Below, one piece after another: positions 47,675-58,196 of a DNA stretch of 64,000 nt. The position numbers and the translations under genes are program-made. The stretch comes from an uncultured Clostridia bacterium (GTDB taxonomy: Bacteria > Bacillota > Clostridia > TANB77 > CAG-508). The stretch spans positions 315 through 64,314 of the forward strand of contig CAQUBD010000008.1 in the NCBI GenBank assembly GCA_948891265.1, given 5' to 3'. Positions within the stretch are counted from its first letter, which is position 1. The number at the start of each line of letters is the position of its first letter. A model generated the notes under the pieces. It made no database searches and was not told the origin of the DNA. It saw only the letters and a list, made by a program, of their open reading frames with translations.

Positions 47675-48500
47675 TAAAATAAAAAAGAGAGAAATTCCAC
47701 AAAACAATAAAAATTCTAAAATAGATATACCTGTTGGAAAATGGATTAAATGTGAAAAATGCAAAGAAATTTTATACAAAGAAAAAGTAAGAGAAAATTT
47801 AAACATTTGTCCTAATTGTGGTAATTATTTTAGAATGCACATAAATAGAAGACTGGAATTAATAATAGATGAAGGTACATATAAAAAATTTGATATAAAT
47901 GTAGAAACAACAAATCCATTAGAATTAGAAGATTATCCTAAAAAACTTAAATCACTTAGAGAAAAAACAAAACTTGAAGAAGCTGTAGCATGTGGAACTG
48001 GAAAAATCAAAGGAGAAGATGTTGTTATATGTATAATGGATAGTGGATTTTTAATGGGAAGCATGGGAGTTGTAGTAGGAGAGAAAATCACTTATGCAAT
48101 AGAACAAGCAATAGAAAGAAAATTACCACTAATAATATTTTCAGTTTCAGGGGGAGCTAGAATGCAAGAAGGTATAATCTCCTTAATGCAAATGGCAAAA
48201 ACAACAGCAGCACTTACAAAATTAGATGAAGCAGGATTATTGTATATATCAGTTCTAACAGATCCAACATATGGAGGAGTTACAGCATCATTTGCAAGTC
48301 TTGGAGATATTATTTTAGCAGAACCTAAAGCAATGATTGGATTTGCAGGACAAAGAGTTATAAAGCAGACAATAGGAGAAGAACTGCCAGAAGGATTTCA
48401 GACTGCAGAGTTTTTATTAGAACATGGATTTATAGATAAAATAGTTGAAAGAAAAAATTTAAAAGACACAATTTATGATTTGATTTTATTACATAAATAA
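47664..48500 (+). CDS. accD: acetyl-CoA carboxylase carboxyltransferase beta subunit
   Basis: Zinc ribbon CEKC...CPNC followed by a carboxyltransferase domain (SGGARMQEG). Confidence 0.92.
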
Positions 48501-48628
48501 AGATGTGTCCCTAATGGGACAAAAATTAAGATAGCTGTTGAGCGAATAGCGAGTTACAGATATCTTATGCAGAATTCATTTCATGAATTCTGTAAACATT
48601 AGATAAGAAACGTCCCCAATGGGACAAA
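48501..48628 (+). repeat. full-length composite structured repeat between accD and accA
   Basis: agatgtgtccctaatgggacaaaaattaagatagctgttgagcgaatagcgagttacagatatcttatgcagaattcatttcatgaattctg...aagaaacgtccccaatgggacaaa. Confidence 0.85.
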
Positions 48629-48648
48629 TAGTATAGAGAGGAAAGAAA

Positions 48649-49446
48649 ATGAAAGCAAAAGTATTATCTGCATGGGAAAAAGTTGAAATAGCAAGAAACT
48701 CAAAAAGAAAAACATCACTAGATTATATAGAAGAAATATTTGACAACTTTATAGAACTACATGGAGACAGAGCATTCAAAGACGACAAAGCAATAGTATG
48801 TGGACTAGGAAAAATAGAGAATCAAAACTACACAATAATAGCAGAACAAAAAGGAAGAACAACAAAAGAAAACATAGAGAGAAACTTTGGAATGCCAAAT
48901 CCAGAAAGTTATAGAAAAGCAATAAGATTTATGAAACAAGCAGAAAAATTCAATAGACCTGTAATTACATTTATAGATACAAAAGGAGCATATCCAGGAA
49001 TTGGAGCAGAAGAAAGAGGACAAGGAGAAGCAATAGCAAAATCAATGTTTGAAATGGCTAAGCTAAAGGTTCCAGTTATAGCAATAGTAATTGGAGAAGG
49101 CTCAAGTGGAGGAGCTTTAGCAATAGGAGTAGCAAATAAAGTATTTATGCTAGGAAATGCAATATATTCAATACTTTCGCCAGAAGGATACAGCAGTATT
49201 TTATGGAAAGACTCATCAAGATATAAAGAAGCAGCTGAAAAAATGAAATTGACAGCTAAAGATTTATATGAATTAAAAGTAATAGAAAAAATAATAAAAG
49301 AACCAGAAGGAGAAGATGAAGAAGTTTTTAAAACAATTGCTAATAAATTAAAAAAAGAAATAAAAACAGCCATTTCACAAATGAAAAAGATGAGTAAAGA
49401 AGAAATTTGTGAAGAAAGATATCAAAAATTTAGAAATATAAAATAA
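48649..49446 (+). CDS. accA: acetyl-CoA carboxylase carboxyltransferase alpha subunit
   Basis: FIDTKGAYPGIGAEERGQGEAIA and GEGSSGGALA motifs. Confidence 0.92.
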   Translation: MKAKVLSAWEKVEIARNSKRKTSLDYIEEIFDNFIELHGDRAFKDDKAIVCGLGKIENQNYTIIAEQKGRTTKENIERNFGMPNPESYRKAIRFMKQAEKFNRPVITFIDTKGAYPGIGAEERGQGEAIAKSMFEMAKLKVPVIAIVIGEGSSGGALAIGVANKVFMLGNAIYSILSPEGYSSILWKDSSRYKEAAEKMKLTAKDLYELKVIEKIIKEPEGEDEEVFKTIANKLKKEIKTAISQMKKMSKEEICEERYQKFRNIK

Positions 49447-49448
49447 TT

Positions 49449-49479
49449 TGTGCCAAAGGTGACGTACCTTTTTGTCACA
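49449..49479 (+). repeat. 31-nt REP-like hairpin
   Basis: tgtgccaaaggtgacgtacctttttgtcaca. Confidence 0.75.
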
Positions 49480-49498
49480 AAAAGATTTACCAGATGAA

Positions 49499-49665
49499 AA
49501 TTAGGATGGCCGTTTGAGTGAAGCTAAGTTAGTTGTGAGAGTAAAGCGAACTACAAATAACTTATGCGAAATGAAATGTAGAAGAGTTACGCATATATTA
49601 TGCAAATGAACAATAGCGAATTTGTAGTCATTATATATGGCGATGAGCGAAGTGAAACTTCACGA
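49499..49665 (+). repeat. divergent, reiterated version of the composite element core
   Basis: Three GAGnGAAGnnA-type loops (tgagtgaagcta, gagagtaaagcga, gagcgaagtga). The stem aagttagttgt / acaaataactt covaries with aagatagctgt / acagatatctt. Confidence 0.6.
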
Positions 49666-49679
49666 AAGGAGAGAAAGAT

Positions 49680-50453
49680 ATGTTATTAAAAGATAAAAAA
49701 ATATTAATAATGGGAATTAGAAATAAATGGAGTATAGCTTATGGTATAGCTAAGTCAGCTTATGAAAATGGAGCAAAATTAATTTTTACATATATGGGTG
49801 AAGATAATAAGAGTAAAATAGAAGAACTAATTTCAGAGTTTGAAGGAAGTAAAGCATATGTACTAAATGGAGCTTCTGAAGATGAGTTAGTAAGAGAAAC
49901 TTTTACTAAAATAAAAGAAGAAAATGGAAAAATGGATGGAATTGTGCATGCTATTGCACATGCAAATACAGAAGACTTGCATAATGATTTTATATGTACA
50001 AGTAAAGAAGGCTATGCACATGCAGTTGATGTAAGTAGTTATTCATTTGTACTTACAGCTAGAATGGCAAAAGAGCTTGACATGTTAAATGAAAATGCAA
50101 ATTTGGTAACATTAACATATCATGGTTCGACAAAAGTATTAGAAGGATATAATGTTATGGGTGTTGCAAAAGCTGCATTAGAAGCAAGTGTTAGATATTT
50201 AGCAGAGAATTTGGGAAAAGATAGTATAAGAGTTAATGCTATTTCAGCAGGTCCTATAAAAACTTTATCTGCAAAAGGAATTAAAGATTTTTCAACTATA
50301 TTGACAGTTGTAGAAGAAAAAGCACCATTACACAGAAATGTAACAACTACACAAGTTGGAAATGTTGCAACATTTTTGTTAAGTAATATGTCAGATGCAA
50401 TAACAGGCCAAGTTATTTATGCTGATAGTGGTTATTGCATTATGGGAGTATAG
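49680..50453 (+). CDS. fabI: enoyl-ACP reductase (NADH), FabI type
   Basis: SDR-like enoyl reductase with Y...K context (YNVMGVAKAALEASVRYLA) and SAGPIKT. Confidence 0.85.
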   Translation: MLLKDKKILIMGIRNKWSIAYGIAKSAYENGAKLIFTYMGEDNKSKIEELISEFEGSKAYVLNGASEDELVRETFTKIKEENGKMDGIVHAIAHANTEDLHNDFICTSKEGYAHAVDVSSYSFVLTARMAKELDMLNENANLVTLTYHGSTKVLEGYNVMGVAKAALEASVRYLAENLGKDSIRVNAISAGPIKTLSAKGIKDFSTILTVVEEKAPLHRNVTTTQVGNVATFLLSNMSDAITGQVIYADSGYCIMGV

Positions 50454-50457
50454 TTAT

Positions 50458-50534
50458 GGTCAAAAATGGGCGTCCCTATTGACCGACTATAAATTTAAAA
50501 AAATGTGACAAAAAGGTACGTCCCCTTTGTCACA
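50458..50534 (+). repeat. two REP-like hairpins (50458-50484 and 50504-50534)
   Basis: ggtcaaaaatgggcgtccctattgacc and tgtgacaaaaaggtacgtcccctttgtcaca. Confidence 0.75.
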
Positions 50535-50559
50535 AAATCTAAAGAAAGAAGGATTTAAT

Positions 50560-51618
50560 TTGAAGGGTATAAAAATAGGAAATAAAGAGTCAAAGTATCC
50601 AATTATCCAAGGCGGTATGGGTGTTGGGGTTTCAATGCATAATTTAGCAGGTAATGTTAGCAAAGAAGGTGGTATTGGAATTATATCAACAGCTGATATA
50701 GGATATTTAGAAGATGATTTTGTAAAAAATCCAATTAAAGCTAATTTAAGGGCTATTGGTAAGGAGATAAAAAAGGCAAGAGAGATTGCAGGTAATGATA
50801 AGATAATTGGTGTAAATATTATGGTTGCTATGAAAAACTATGTTGATATTGTAAAAGAGTGTGTAAAGCAAAAAATTGATTTAATTATATCTGGTGCAGG
50901 TATTCCCAAGGAATTGCCTGAATATGTTAAAGAAAGTGATACTAAAATTGCTCCAATAGTTTCATCTCTTAGATGTTGCAAGTTGATAGTTAGCCATTGG
51001 ATAAAAAAATATAATTATGTTCCAGATATGATTGTAATAGAAGGACCAGAAGCAGGAGGACATTTAGGTTTTAAAAATGAAGAACTAGATGAAAATACAA
51101 AGCCTAAATTGGAAGATATTACAACAGAAGTTGTTGATTATATAAAAGAGATTGAAAAAGAGACAGGTAAGGATATTCCAGTTATATCTGCTGGTGGAGT
51201 GTGGGATTCTAAAGATATAAAGAAGTTTCTAAATTTAGGTGCTAGTGGAGTTCAAATGGCTACAAGGTTTGTTGCAACTAATGAGTGTGATGCTTCAATG
51301 GAATTTAAGAAGGCTTATATTCAGGCTAATCAAGATGATATAAAAATAATAAAGAGTCCAGTTGGAATGCCTGGTAGGGCTATTTATAATAATTTTATTA
51401 AAAAAGTAGAAAATGAGAAATGTAAAATTGATAGATGTTATAATTGTATAAAAACGTGTAATGTTCTTAATAGTCCATATTGTATTACAAAAGCTTTAAT
51501 AAATTCTGTAATAGGAAGAGTTGATGAAGGTCTGATATTTTGTGGAAGTAATGTTAGTAGGATAAAGGAGATTGTTTCTGTACATGATTTGATGCAGGAA
51601 TTAGTAAGCAACTTATGA
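50560..51618 (+). CDS. fabK: enoyl-ACP reductase II (FabK / nitronate monooxygenase family)
   Basis: YPIIQGGMGVGVS and EGPEAGGHLG FMN-enzyme motifs. Probable TTG start after an AGAAGGA RBS. The upstream part of the track ORF is repeat-derived. Confidence 0.8.
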   Translation: MKGIKIGNKESKYPIIQGGMGVGVSMHNLAGNVSKEGGIGIISTADIGYLEDDFVKNPIKANLRAIGKEIKKAREIAGNDKIIGVNIMVAMKNYVDIVKECVKQKIDLIISGAGIPKELPEYVKESDTKIAPIVSSLRCCKLIVSHWIKKYNYVPDMIVIEGPEAGGHLGFKNEELDENTKPKLEDITTEVVDYIKEIEKETGKDIPVISAGGVWDSKDIKKFLNLGASGVQMATRFVATNECDASMEFKKAYIQANQDDIKIIKSPVGMPGRAIYNNFIKKVENEKCKIDRCYNCIKTCNVLNSPYCITKALINSVIGRVDEGLIFCGSNVSRIKEIVSVHDLMQELVSNL

Positions 51619-51771
51619 ACCAAAAGGTAGATGAAAACATTCATATAGTAACATTTTATTATTTTAGTTATAACATGGATATGAATTGTAACAGCAAATT
51701 GAAAAATTTATAAAATTTCTATTGACAATAAAACCTTAAATATGTTAATATAAGTATTGTCAATAGAAAAT

Positions 51772-51855
51772 GCGGATGTGGCGGAACTGGTAGACGCGCT
51801 GGTCTTAGGAACCAGTGTCAACGACGTGGGGGTTCGAGTCCCTTCATCCGCACCA
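51772..51855 (+). tRNA. tRNA-Leu (anticodon UAG) with encoded CCA
   Basis: Acceptor stem gcggatg/catccgc, anticodon loop cTTAGga, long variable arm, T-arm gggggttcgagtccc. A TTGACA promoter lies about 45 nt upstream. Confidence 0.85.
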
Positions 51856-51897
51856 ACGACGTATCTGTTCGAACTTTTTATAGAACAGAGAGATACA

Positions 51898-51936
51898 AAA
51901 ATCAATCAGAAAATAAAATCTGGTTGATTTTTTTGT
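51898..51936 (+). terminator. intrinsic terminator after tRNA-Leu
   Basis: atcaatcag...ctggttgat stem followed by T7. Confidence 0.7.
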
Positions 51937-51985
51937 TGCCTAAAAACAATATTAAAATCATCCAAACGAAAGGATGGTGCGAAAA

Positions 51986-52255
51986 ATGAAGATAATTAAG
52001 CAAGAACTAGAATTTGAGGAATGTCTAAAACAAAGGCTTGAGTTTATATGTGAGTTTTCTAAAGTTACTCCTACCTTTATCAATGGTAGCATTAGAAAAT
52101 TAGAGAGAACTAATCTTACATATATTGAGCCACATAGAGTGATTATTAAAAACATTACTTTTTTAGTTTTTAATTATTCTAATGATGTGTATATCACTAA
52201 CTTAACTAAAAAGATTAAGTTATCAGAGTTAGAAGAATATTTGAAAAATATATAA
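51986..52255 (+). CDS. small hypothetical protein
   Basis: 89-aa ORF (MKIIKQ...) with an AAAGGATGG RBS-like sequence. It lies between the tRNA and the recombinase. Confidence 0.4.
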   Translation: MKIIKQELEFEECLKQRLEFICEFSKVTPTFINGSIRKLERTNLTYIEPHRVIIKNITFLVFNYSNDVYITNLTKKIKLSELEEYLKNI

Positions 52256-52265
52256 TTGTAAATAT

Positions 52266-52293
52266 TTGACATTTCTTAAAATCGTGATATAAT
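52266..52293 (+). promoter_or_regulatory. consensus promoter upstream of the recombinase leader
   Basis: TTGACA, 16-nt spacer, TGATATAAT. Confidence 0.6.
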
Positions 52294-52299
52294 ATAGAC

Positions 52300-52451
52300 A
52301 ATTAATTACATATAGTTGTTCGTCAAAAACTATATGTTTATGAGTACTTTGAAAAGATTATATTGCATTATTATACTTTAGTTATGATAAATGTATTTTA
52401 GAGATGTCAGTAGTACTCGTATTGTACTTTGATGTCTCTTTTTGTTTTTTT
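52300..52451 (+). ncRNA. candidate ~150-nt leader or small RNA ending in an intrinsic terminator just before the recombinase RBS
   Basis: Hairpin acatatagtt...aactatatgt. Terminal stem agagatgtcag...tgatgtctct followed by TTTTGTTTTTTT. Confidence 0.35.
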
Positions 52452-52463
52452 AAGGAGGTTTGA

Positions 52464-54386
<1,923 letters not shown>

Positions 54387-54479
54387 TTGTTGCAACTATT
54401 ACTTTATATATTGATTATGTTGCAACAACAAATTAGCGAGAACAAATTTGTATTTGGATTAGCAAATATAAATTTTGTA

Positions 54480-54600
54480 TCGAGTTAATTTGAATAAATT
54501 TTATCCCAGAGGGAGAAAATTTATTGCCTCGCAGAGCCCCCGAGTTTTGTTAGTATGACGAAACTCATAGGGGGTTAGGAATATTGACTAAAGTCAAATT
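54480..54600 (+). other. oriT-like inverted-repeat region upstream of mob
   Basis: Three inverted repeats: aataaatttt...aaaatttatt, cccccgagttt...aaactcataggggg, and aggaatattgac taaa gtcaaattcct. Confidence 0.45.
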
Positions 54601-54636
54601 CCTATGCTACGAAGCAATGTCAAAAGGAGGAAAAAG

Positions 54637-56028
54637 ATGAGCAAAGAACTAGCATATTCTATTCACTTGGGTAGTGATAAAAACAAAACAGCAAAAGCCA
54701 AAGAAGTTGCAAAAAATAATCCATCTGGAGAAACATCTTTTTCAAATAATGGAATACAAAATGCTACCCAATTATCAAAAGTAAATAAACACAATTTAAG
54801 AGATTATGATAATGACAAAGAAAATATACAAATAATCTATGGAACTGATAATTTATACGAAGATATGCAAAACCTATATTTTCAAGAATTTGAACAAGCA
54901 AGAATTGAATATAATAACAAGCAAACTCGTGAAGATAGAAAAATAAAAGATTATTTTAAGCATATATCACAAGATAAGCAAAAAGATTTAGCTTGTGAAT
55001 TTATTATAGAACTCGGAGATATGGATTTTTGGAATTATAAAGATGACTATTACAAAAGGGGAATGTCACAGGTTTATAAAGAGCAAGTGCAAGATTTAAT
55101 AAGAATTGTACCAGAATTTAAAGTAGCAAATGCAGTAATTCATTTTGATGAAACATCTCCACATATGCACATTGTAGGAGTTCCAATAAAAGAAGATTAT
55201 AAAAGAGGTATGAGAAAACAACCTGCCAAGTCAAAAGTTTTTACGAAAGAATCACTACAACAAATACAAGATGAAATGAGAAATTGTTGTATAAAATCTT
55301 ATAATAAAGTCTATTGCGAAAATTCACTATTAAAACAGAAGAAAAAAGGTAGAAATCGAGACATAGACATTAAAGATATGGGAGATTATAGAGAAATTAA
55401 AAGGCAACTAGAGAAAAAAGAAGAAAGACTAAAGGAAGCAAATAAGCAAACTAAAAAAATAGATAATACAAGCAAAGATATAGATAAAATTTTAGATAAT
55501 TTAAAACCTACTTTGATGAATAAAAATAATATGGTTATTTCAAGCGAGGATGTCAAGAAAATCAAAAATTATGCAAAAGATGTAAAAGATATAACCAAGA
55601 CAGTTAGAAGTGTAAATGACTTAAATATGGCGATTAAAGATTTTGAACATTCTGCTTTTGAGATAGAAAAAGAAAATCGTTCATTAAAGTATGAAATAGA
55701 ACTAAAAGATAATGAAATCGGCAATCTAAAAAGTGAAATATCTACTAAAGATAAAATTATAGGCAAGTTACAAACTGAAAAAGAAAAAATAAAACAAGAA
55801 TTACAGAAATTTAAAGACTTTTGGTATAGCATTATGAGCCATTTCCATAAAAGAATTTGCTATGATAAAGATAGCAATTACAAAATTGTAAGTGATGACT
55901 TATATAAGAATGGCATATTTGACAACAATGATAATGAAATTGCTAATAATATTGCTAGAAGAGTAACTATACCAGATGAAAACAAGCAAACTAAGAATAA
56001 AAAGAAAAATAATGATACCAGATTTTAA
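54637..56028 (+). CDS. MobV-family relaxase (Mob/Pre plasmid recombination enzyme)
   Basis: HFDETSPHMHIVGVP motif typical of the Mob_Pre family, with a coiled-coil C-terminus. ATG follows AAGGAGG. Confidence 0.85.
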   Translation: MSKELAYSIHLGSDKNKTAKAKEVAKNNPSGETSFSNNGIQNATQLSKVNKHNLRDYDNDKENIQIIYGTDNLYEDMQNLYFQEFEQARIEYNNKQTREDRKIKDYFKHISQDKQKDLACEFIIELGDMDFWNYKDDYYKRGMSQVYKEQVQDLIRIVPEFKVANAVIHFDETSPHMHIVGVPIKEDYKRGMRKQPAKSKVFTKESLQQIQDEMRNCCIKSYNKVYCENSLLKQKKKGRNRDIDIKDMGDYREIKRQLEKKEERLKEANKQTKKIDNTSKDIDKILDNLKPTLMNKNNMVISSEDVKKIKNYAKDVKDITKTVRSVNDLNMAIKDFEHSAFEIEKENRSLKYEIELKDNEIGNLKSEISTKDKIIGKLQTEKEKIKQELQKFKDFWYSIMSHFHKRICYDKDSNYKIVSDDLYKNGIFDNNDNEIANNIARRVTIPDENKQTKNKKKNNDTRF

Positions 56029-56043
56029 AAGGAGGAAAAAGTT

Positions 56044-56433
56044 ATGTATAATGAATTACCAAAAACAAAGATTGATGAAAAAACGGGCATTGAATATCAT
56101 TTAGAGGGAGATTACTATATACCAAACCTAGCAATGCCTAAACAAGAAAAAATCATTTTAAATAAATATGGAAGAATGAGATTAAAATATCTAAAATACC
56201 ACAAAAAAGCTGAATATACTATAATGCTAATGGAAGGAATGTTAAATACACACTTAAAAGAAATACAAGAAACAGCAGATAGTAGAGTACAACAGATTAT
56301 TAGTGAATTAAAGGCTAAAAGCGATTTGACAGAAGATATGAAAAATACAAATATGCTTTATTGGATAGTTACTATGAACTCTATTAAAGAACAAGCTGAA
56401 GAAATTGTTTTTAATGAATTGATTTATGTATAA
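56044..56433 (+). CDS. tnpV: TnpV-like transposon protein
   Basis: GIEYHLEGDYYIPNL...YGRMRLKYLKYHKK is characteristic of TnpV from Tn4451-type elements. Confidence 0.7.
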   Translation: MYNELPKTKIDEKTGIEYHLEGDYYIPNLAMPKQEKIILNKYGRMRLKYLKYHKKAEYTIMLMEGMLNTHLKEIQETADSRVQQIISELKAKSDLTEDMKNTNMLYWIVTMNSIKEQAEEIVFNELIYV

Positions 56434-56441
56434 AGATTGTT

Positions 56442-56474
56442 AAAAGCGAATGAAGATAAAAATCATTCGCTTTT
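56442..56474. terminator. bidirectional terminator
   Basis: aaaagcgaatga...tcattcgctttt. Confidence 0.75.
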
Positions 56475-56479
56475 GAGTA

Positions 56480-57016
56480 TTATATAATCTCATTATATTT
56501 TGACTTGTTTCTTTTCAGTATATCATATCTAAATATTGCAATTACAGTAGAAATAAACACAAAAGCAGATGAGATTGAAGCAGTATATGCATTTATTATT
56601 AAGTCATATATTGTCCATAATAAAGATTGCAATAGATTTAACTTTCTTATTGTTTTCATATTTTTACAAGTAACTATTAACGCATAAGTTATTCCACAAC
56701 ATATTGCCATAAGGTTATATATATTATTATATGTGAATATTCCACCAATTAAAGTTACTACAATAAATGCAAATGTTAAATATTTTGGTATGTTTAAATC
56801 CTTTTTAGTATATATATAAGCTACTATTGTAATTACTAATCCTATAATCTGAGTTATCGTTCCAGAATATGCATTTAATAGCAAAAAATTAAATCCATAT
56901 AATACTTTAACAAGTATATTCAAAATTAAGTATAATTTCTTTTTGTCTTTTACTTGTATTGCTACTATCATTATTATAGATGCAATTAGACCTATTATTT
57001 GTGCCAATATATCCAT
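56480..57016 (-). CDS. small multi-TM inner-membrane protein (YgjV-like)
   Basis: Five or six TM helices. ATG at 57016 is 4 nt after the stop of the upstream gene. Confidence 0.45.
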   Translation of the reverse strand: MDILAQIIGLIASIIMIVAIQVKDKKKLYLILNILVKVLYGFNFLLLNAYSGTITQIIGLVITIVAYIYTKKDLNIPKYLTFAFIVVTLIGGIFTYNNIYNLMAICCGITYALIVTCKNMKTIRKLNLLQSLLWTIYDLIINAYTASISSAFVFISTVIAIFRYDILKRNKSKYNEII

Positions 57017-57020
57017 TTTA

Positions 57021-57509
57021 TTATTCTCCAATACATAAATTTTCTAATATTGTAATAGTTTCTTTATAATCTTTAGCTATAAATACTTGGCTAGGTGCTA
57101 AATTTTTATAAAAATTATTTACCTCTTCTGAAAGCCCTACTAATATTATTTTCTTTTTTGGTTTTATTGCAAGACTTATTTCTGATGATGTTCCTGCTGA
57201 TATACCACAAGCTATAATAATATCACTTGTTAATATTTCTATATAGTTTCTTCCTGCTTTCATTGTTGTAACAATTGGTATGTCTACATATTCTGAAAAT
57301 TCCGTTCTATCATCTGTTGGCATTATTCCTATAGTTAGTCCACCTTGTTCTTTAGCTCCTTTCAAAGCCTCATTCATAACGCCATATTTTAATCCACCTG
57401 TTAAAGTTATGTAACCATTTTTTGCACAATATTTTCCTAATTCATAGCTATTTACTAAATCTTGTTCACTTGCCTTTGTTGCTCCCATTATTCCTATTAT
57501 CTTTTTCAT
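57021..57509 (-). CDS. TIGR00725/LOG-like (SLOG Rossmann) family protein
   Basis: GGLKYGVMNEALKGAKEQGGLTIGIMP matches the GGgxGvMeAaxxGAxxxGGxtiGIlP pattern of this family. Confidence 0.65.
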   Translation of the reverse strand: MKKIIGIMGATKASEQDLVNSYELGKYCAKNGYITLTGGLKYGVMNEALKGAKEQGGLTIGIMPTDDRTEFSEYVDIPIVTTMKAGRNYIEILTSDIIIACGISAGTSSEISLAIKPKKKIILVGLSEEVNNFYKNLAPSQVFIAKDYKETITILENLCIGE

Positions 57510-57693
57510 AAGTTCCTCCTTATATATTGATACTTATCCTAACAAATAATATCATAAACTTTTTCTTTTATCAATGAATATGAAAAATTTTGTGTTTTTG
57601 CAATTTTACATAAAATATGATACAATATATTTATCTAATAGCAATCAGCTATGAAACTATATTATTAAGCCTTTATGGCAGGAGGGAAATACT

Positions 57694-58134
57694 ATGTACA
57701 ATAAAGTTAAACTTTTGGTGGAAATTGGTAAACTGGAAGTTCGGTTGGAAGAAGATAGCCGAATTATAACAGAATTATCCAATTTTCGCGACAAAATTTG
57801 TAGCGATGATATTCTACAGGCTGCAATTGCTTTTGGGCGTCTTCAAGCAAGAATTGGAGAAACGACTGAAGAAACTCAGACAATCAATTGTATTTTAGCA
57901 AATGCTAAACCAGTACCAGATATGTTAATTGGGGAACTTGAGTTTACGGTTAGAACATACAATGTTTTAGAGCGTGCTCAAATAAGAACTGTTAAGCAAA
58001 TTACAGAGATGTCTTCTGAAGGCTGGACTAAAATAAAAAATCTTGGTAGAAAGTCTTATGAAGAAATAGCTGAAAAAATGCATGGACTTGGTTTAGAAAT
58101 TGCACAATATGGTGAAAGTACAGAAGTATGTTAA
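57694..58134 (+). CDS. small protein with an RNA polymerase alpha C-terminal-domain-like HhH module
   Basis: LEFTVRTYNVLERAQIRTVKQI...KIKNLGRKSYEEI resembles the RpoA CTD. Higher G+C, with its own GC-rich terminator. Confidence 0.6.
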   Translation: MYNKVKLLVEIGKLEVRLEEDSRIITELSNFRDKICSDDILQAAIAFGRLQARIGETTEETQTINCILANAKPVPDMLIGELEFTVRTYNVLERAQIRTVKQITEMSSEGWTKIKNLGRKSYEEIAEKMHGLGLEIAQYGESTEVC

Positions 58135-58165
58135 TCACAGTCATTTTGTCATATACAAAAGGCTT

Positions 58166-58196
58166 AGAAGCACCTTCCATTAGGGTGCTTCTTTTC
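58166..58196 (+). terminator. intrinsic terminator
   Basis: agaagcacc...ggtgcttct stem followed by TTT. Confidence 0.7.

Noticed and set aside
9946-50534. The possibility that the GTCCC/GGGAC hairpin repeats form a CRISPR array.
   Set aside because: The copies are dispersed over 40 kb in both orientations, without regular spacing or unique spacers. No cas genes are present in the window.
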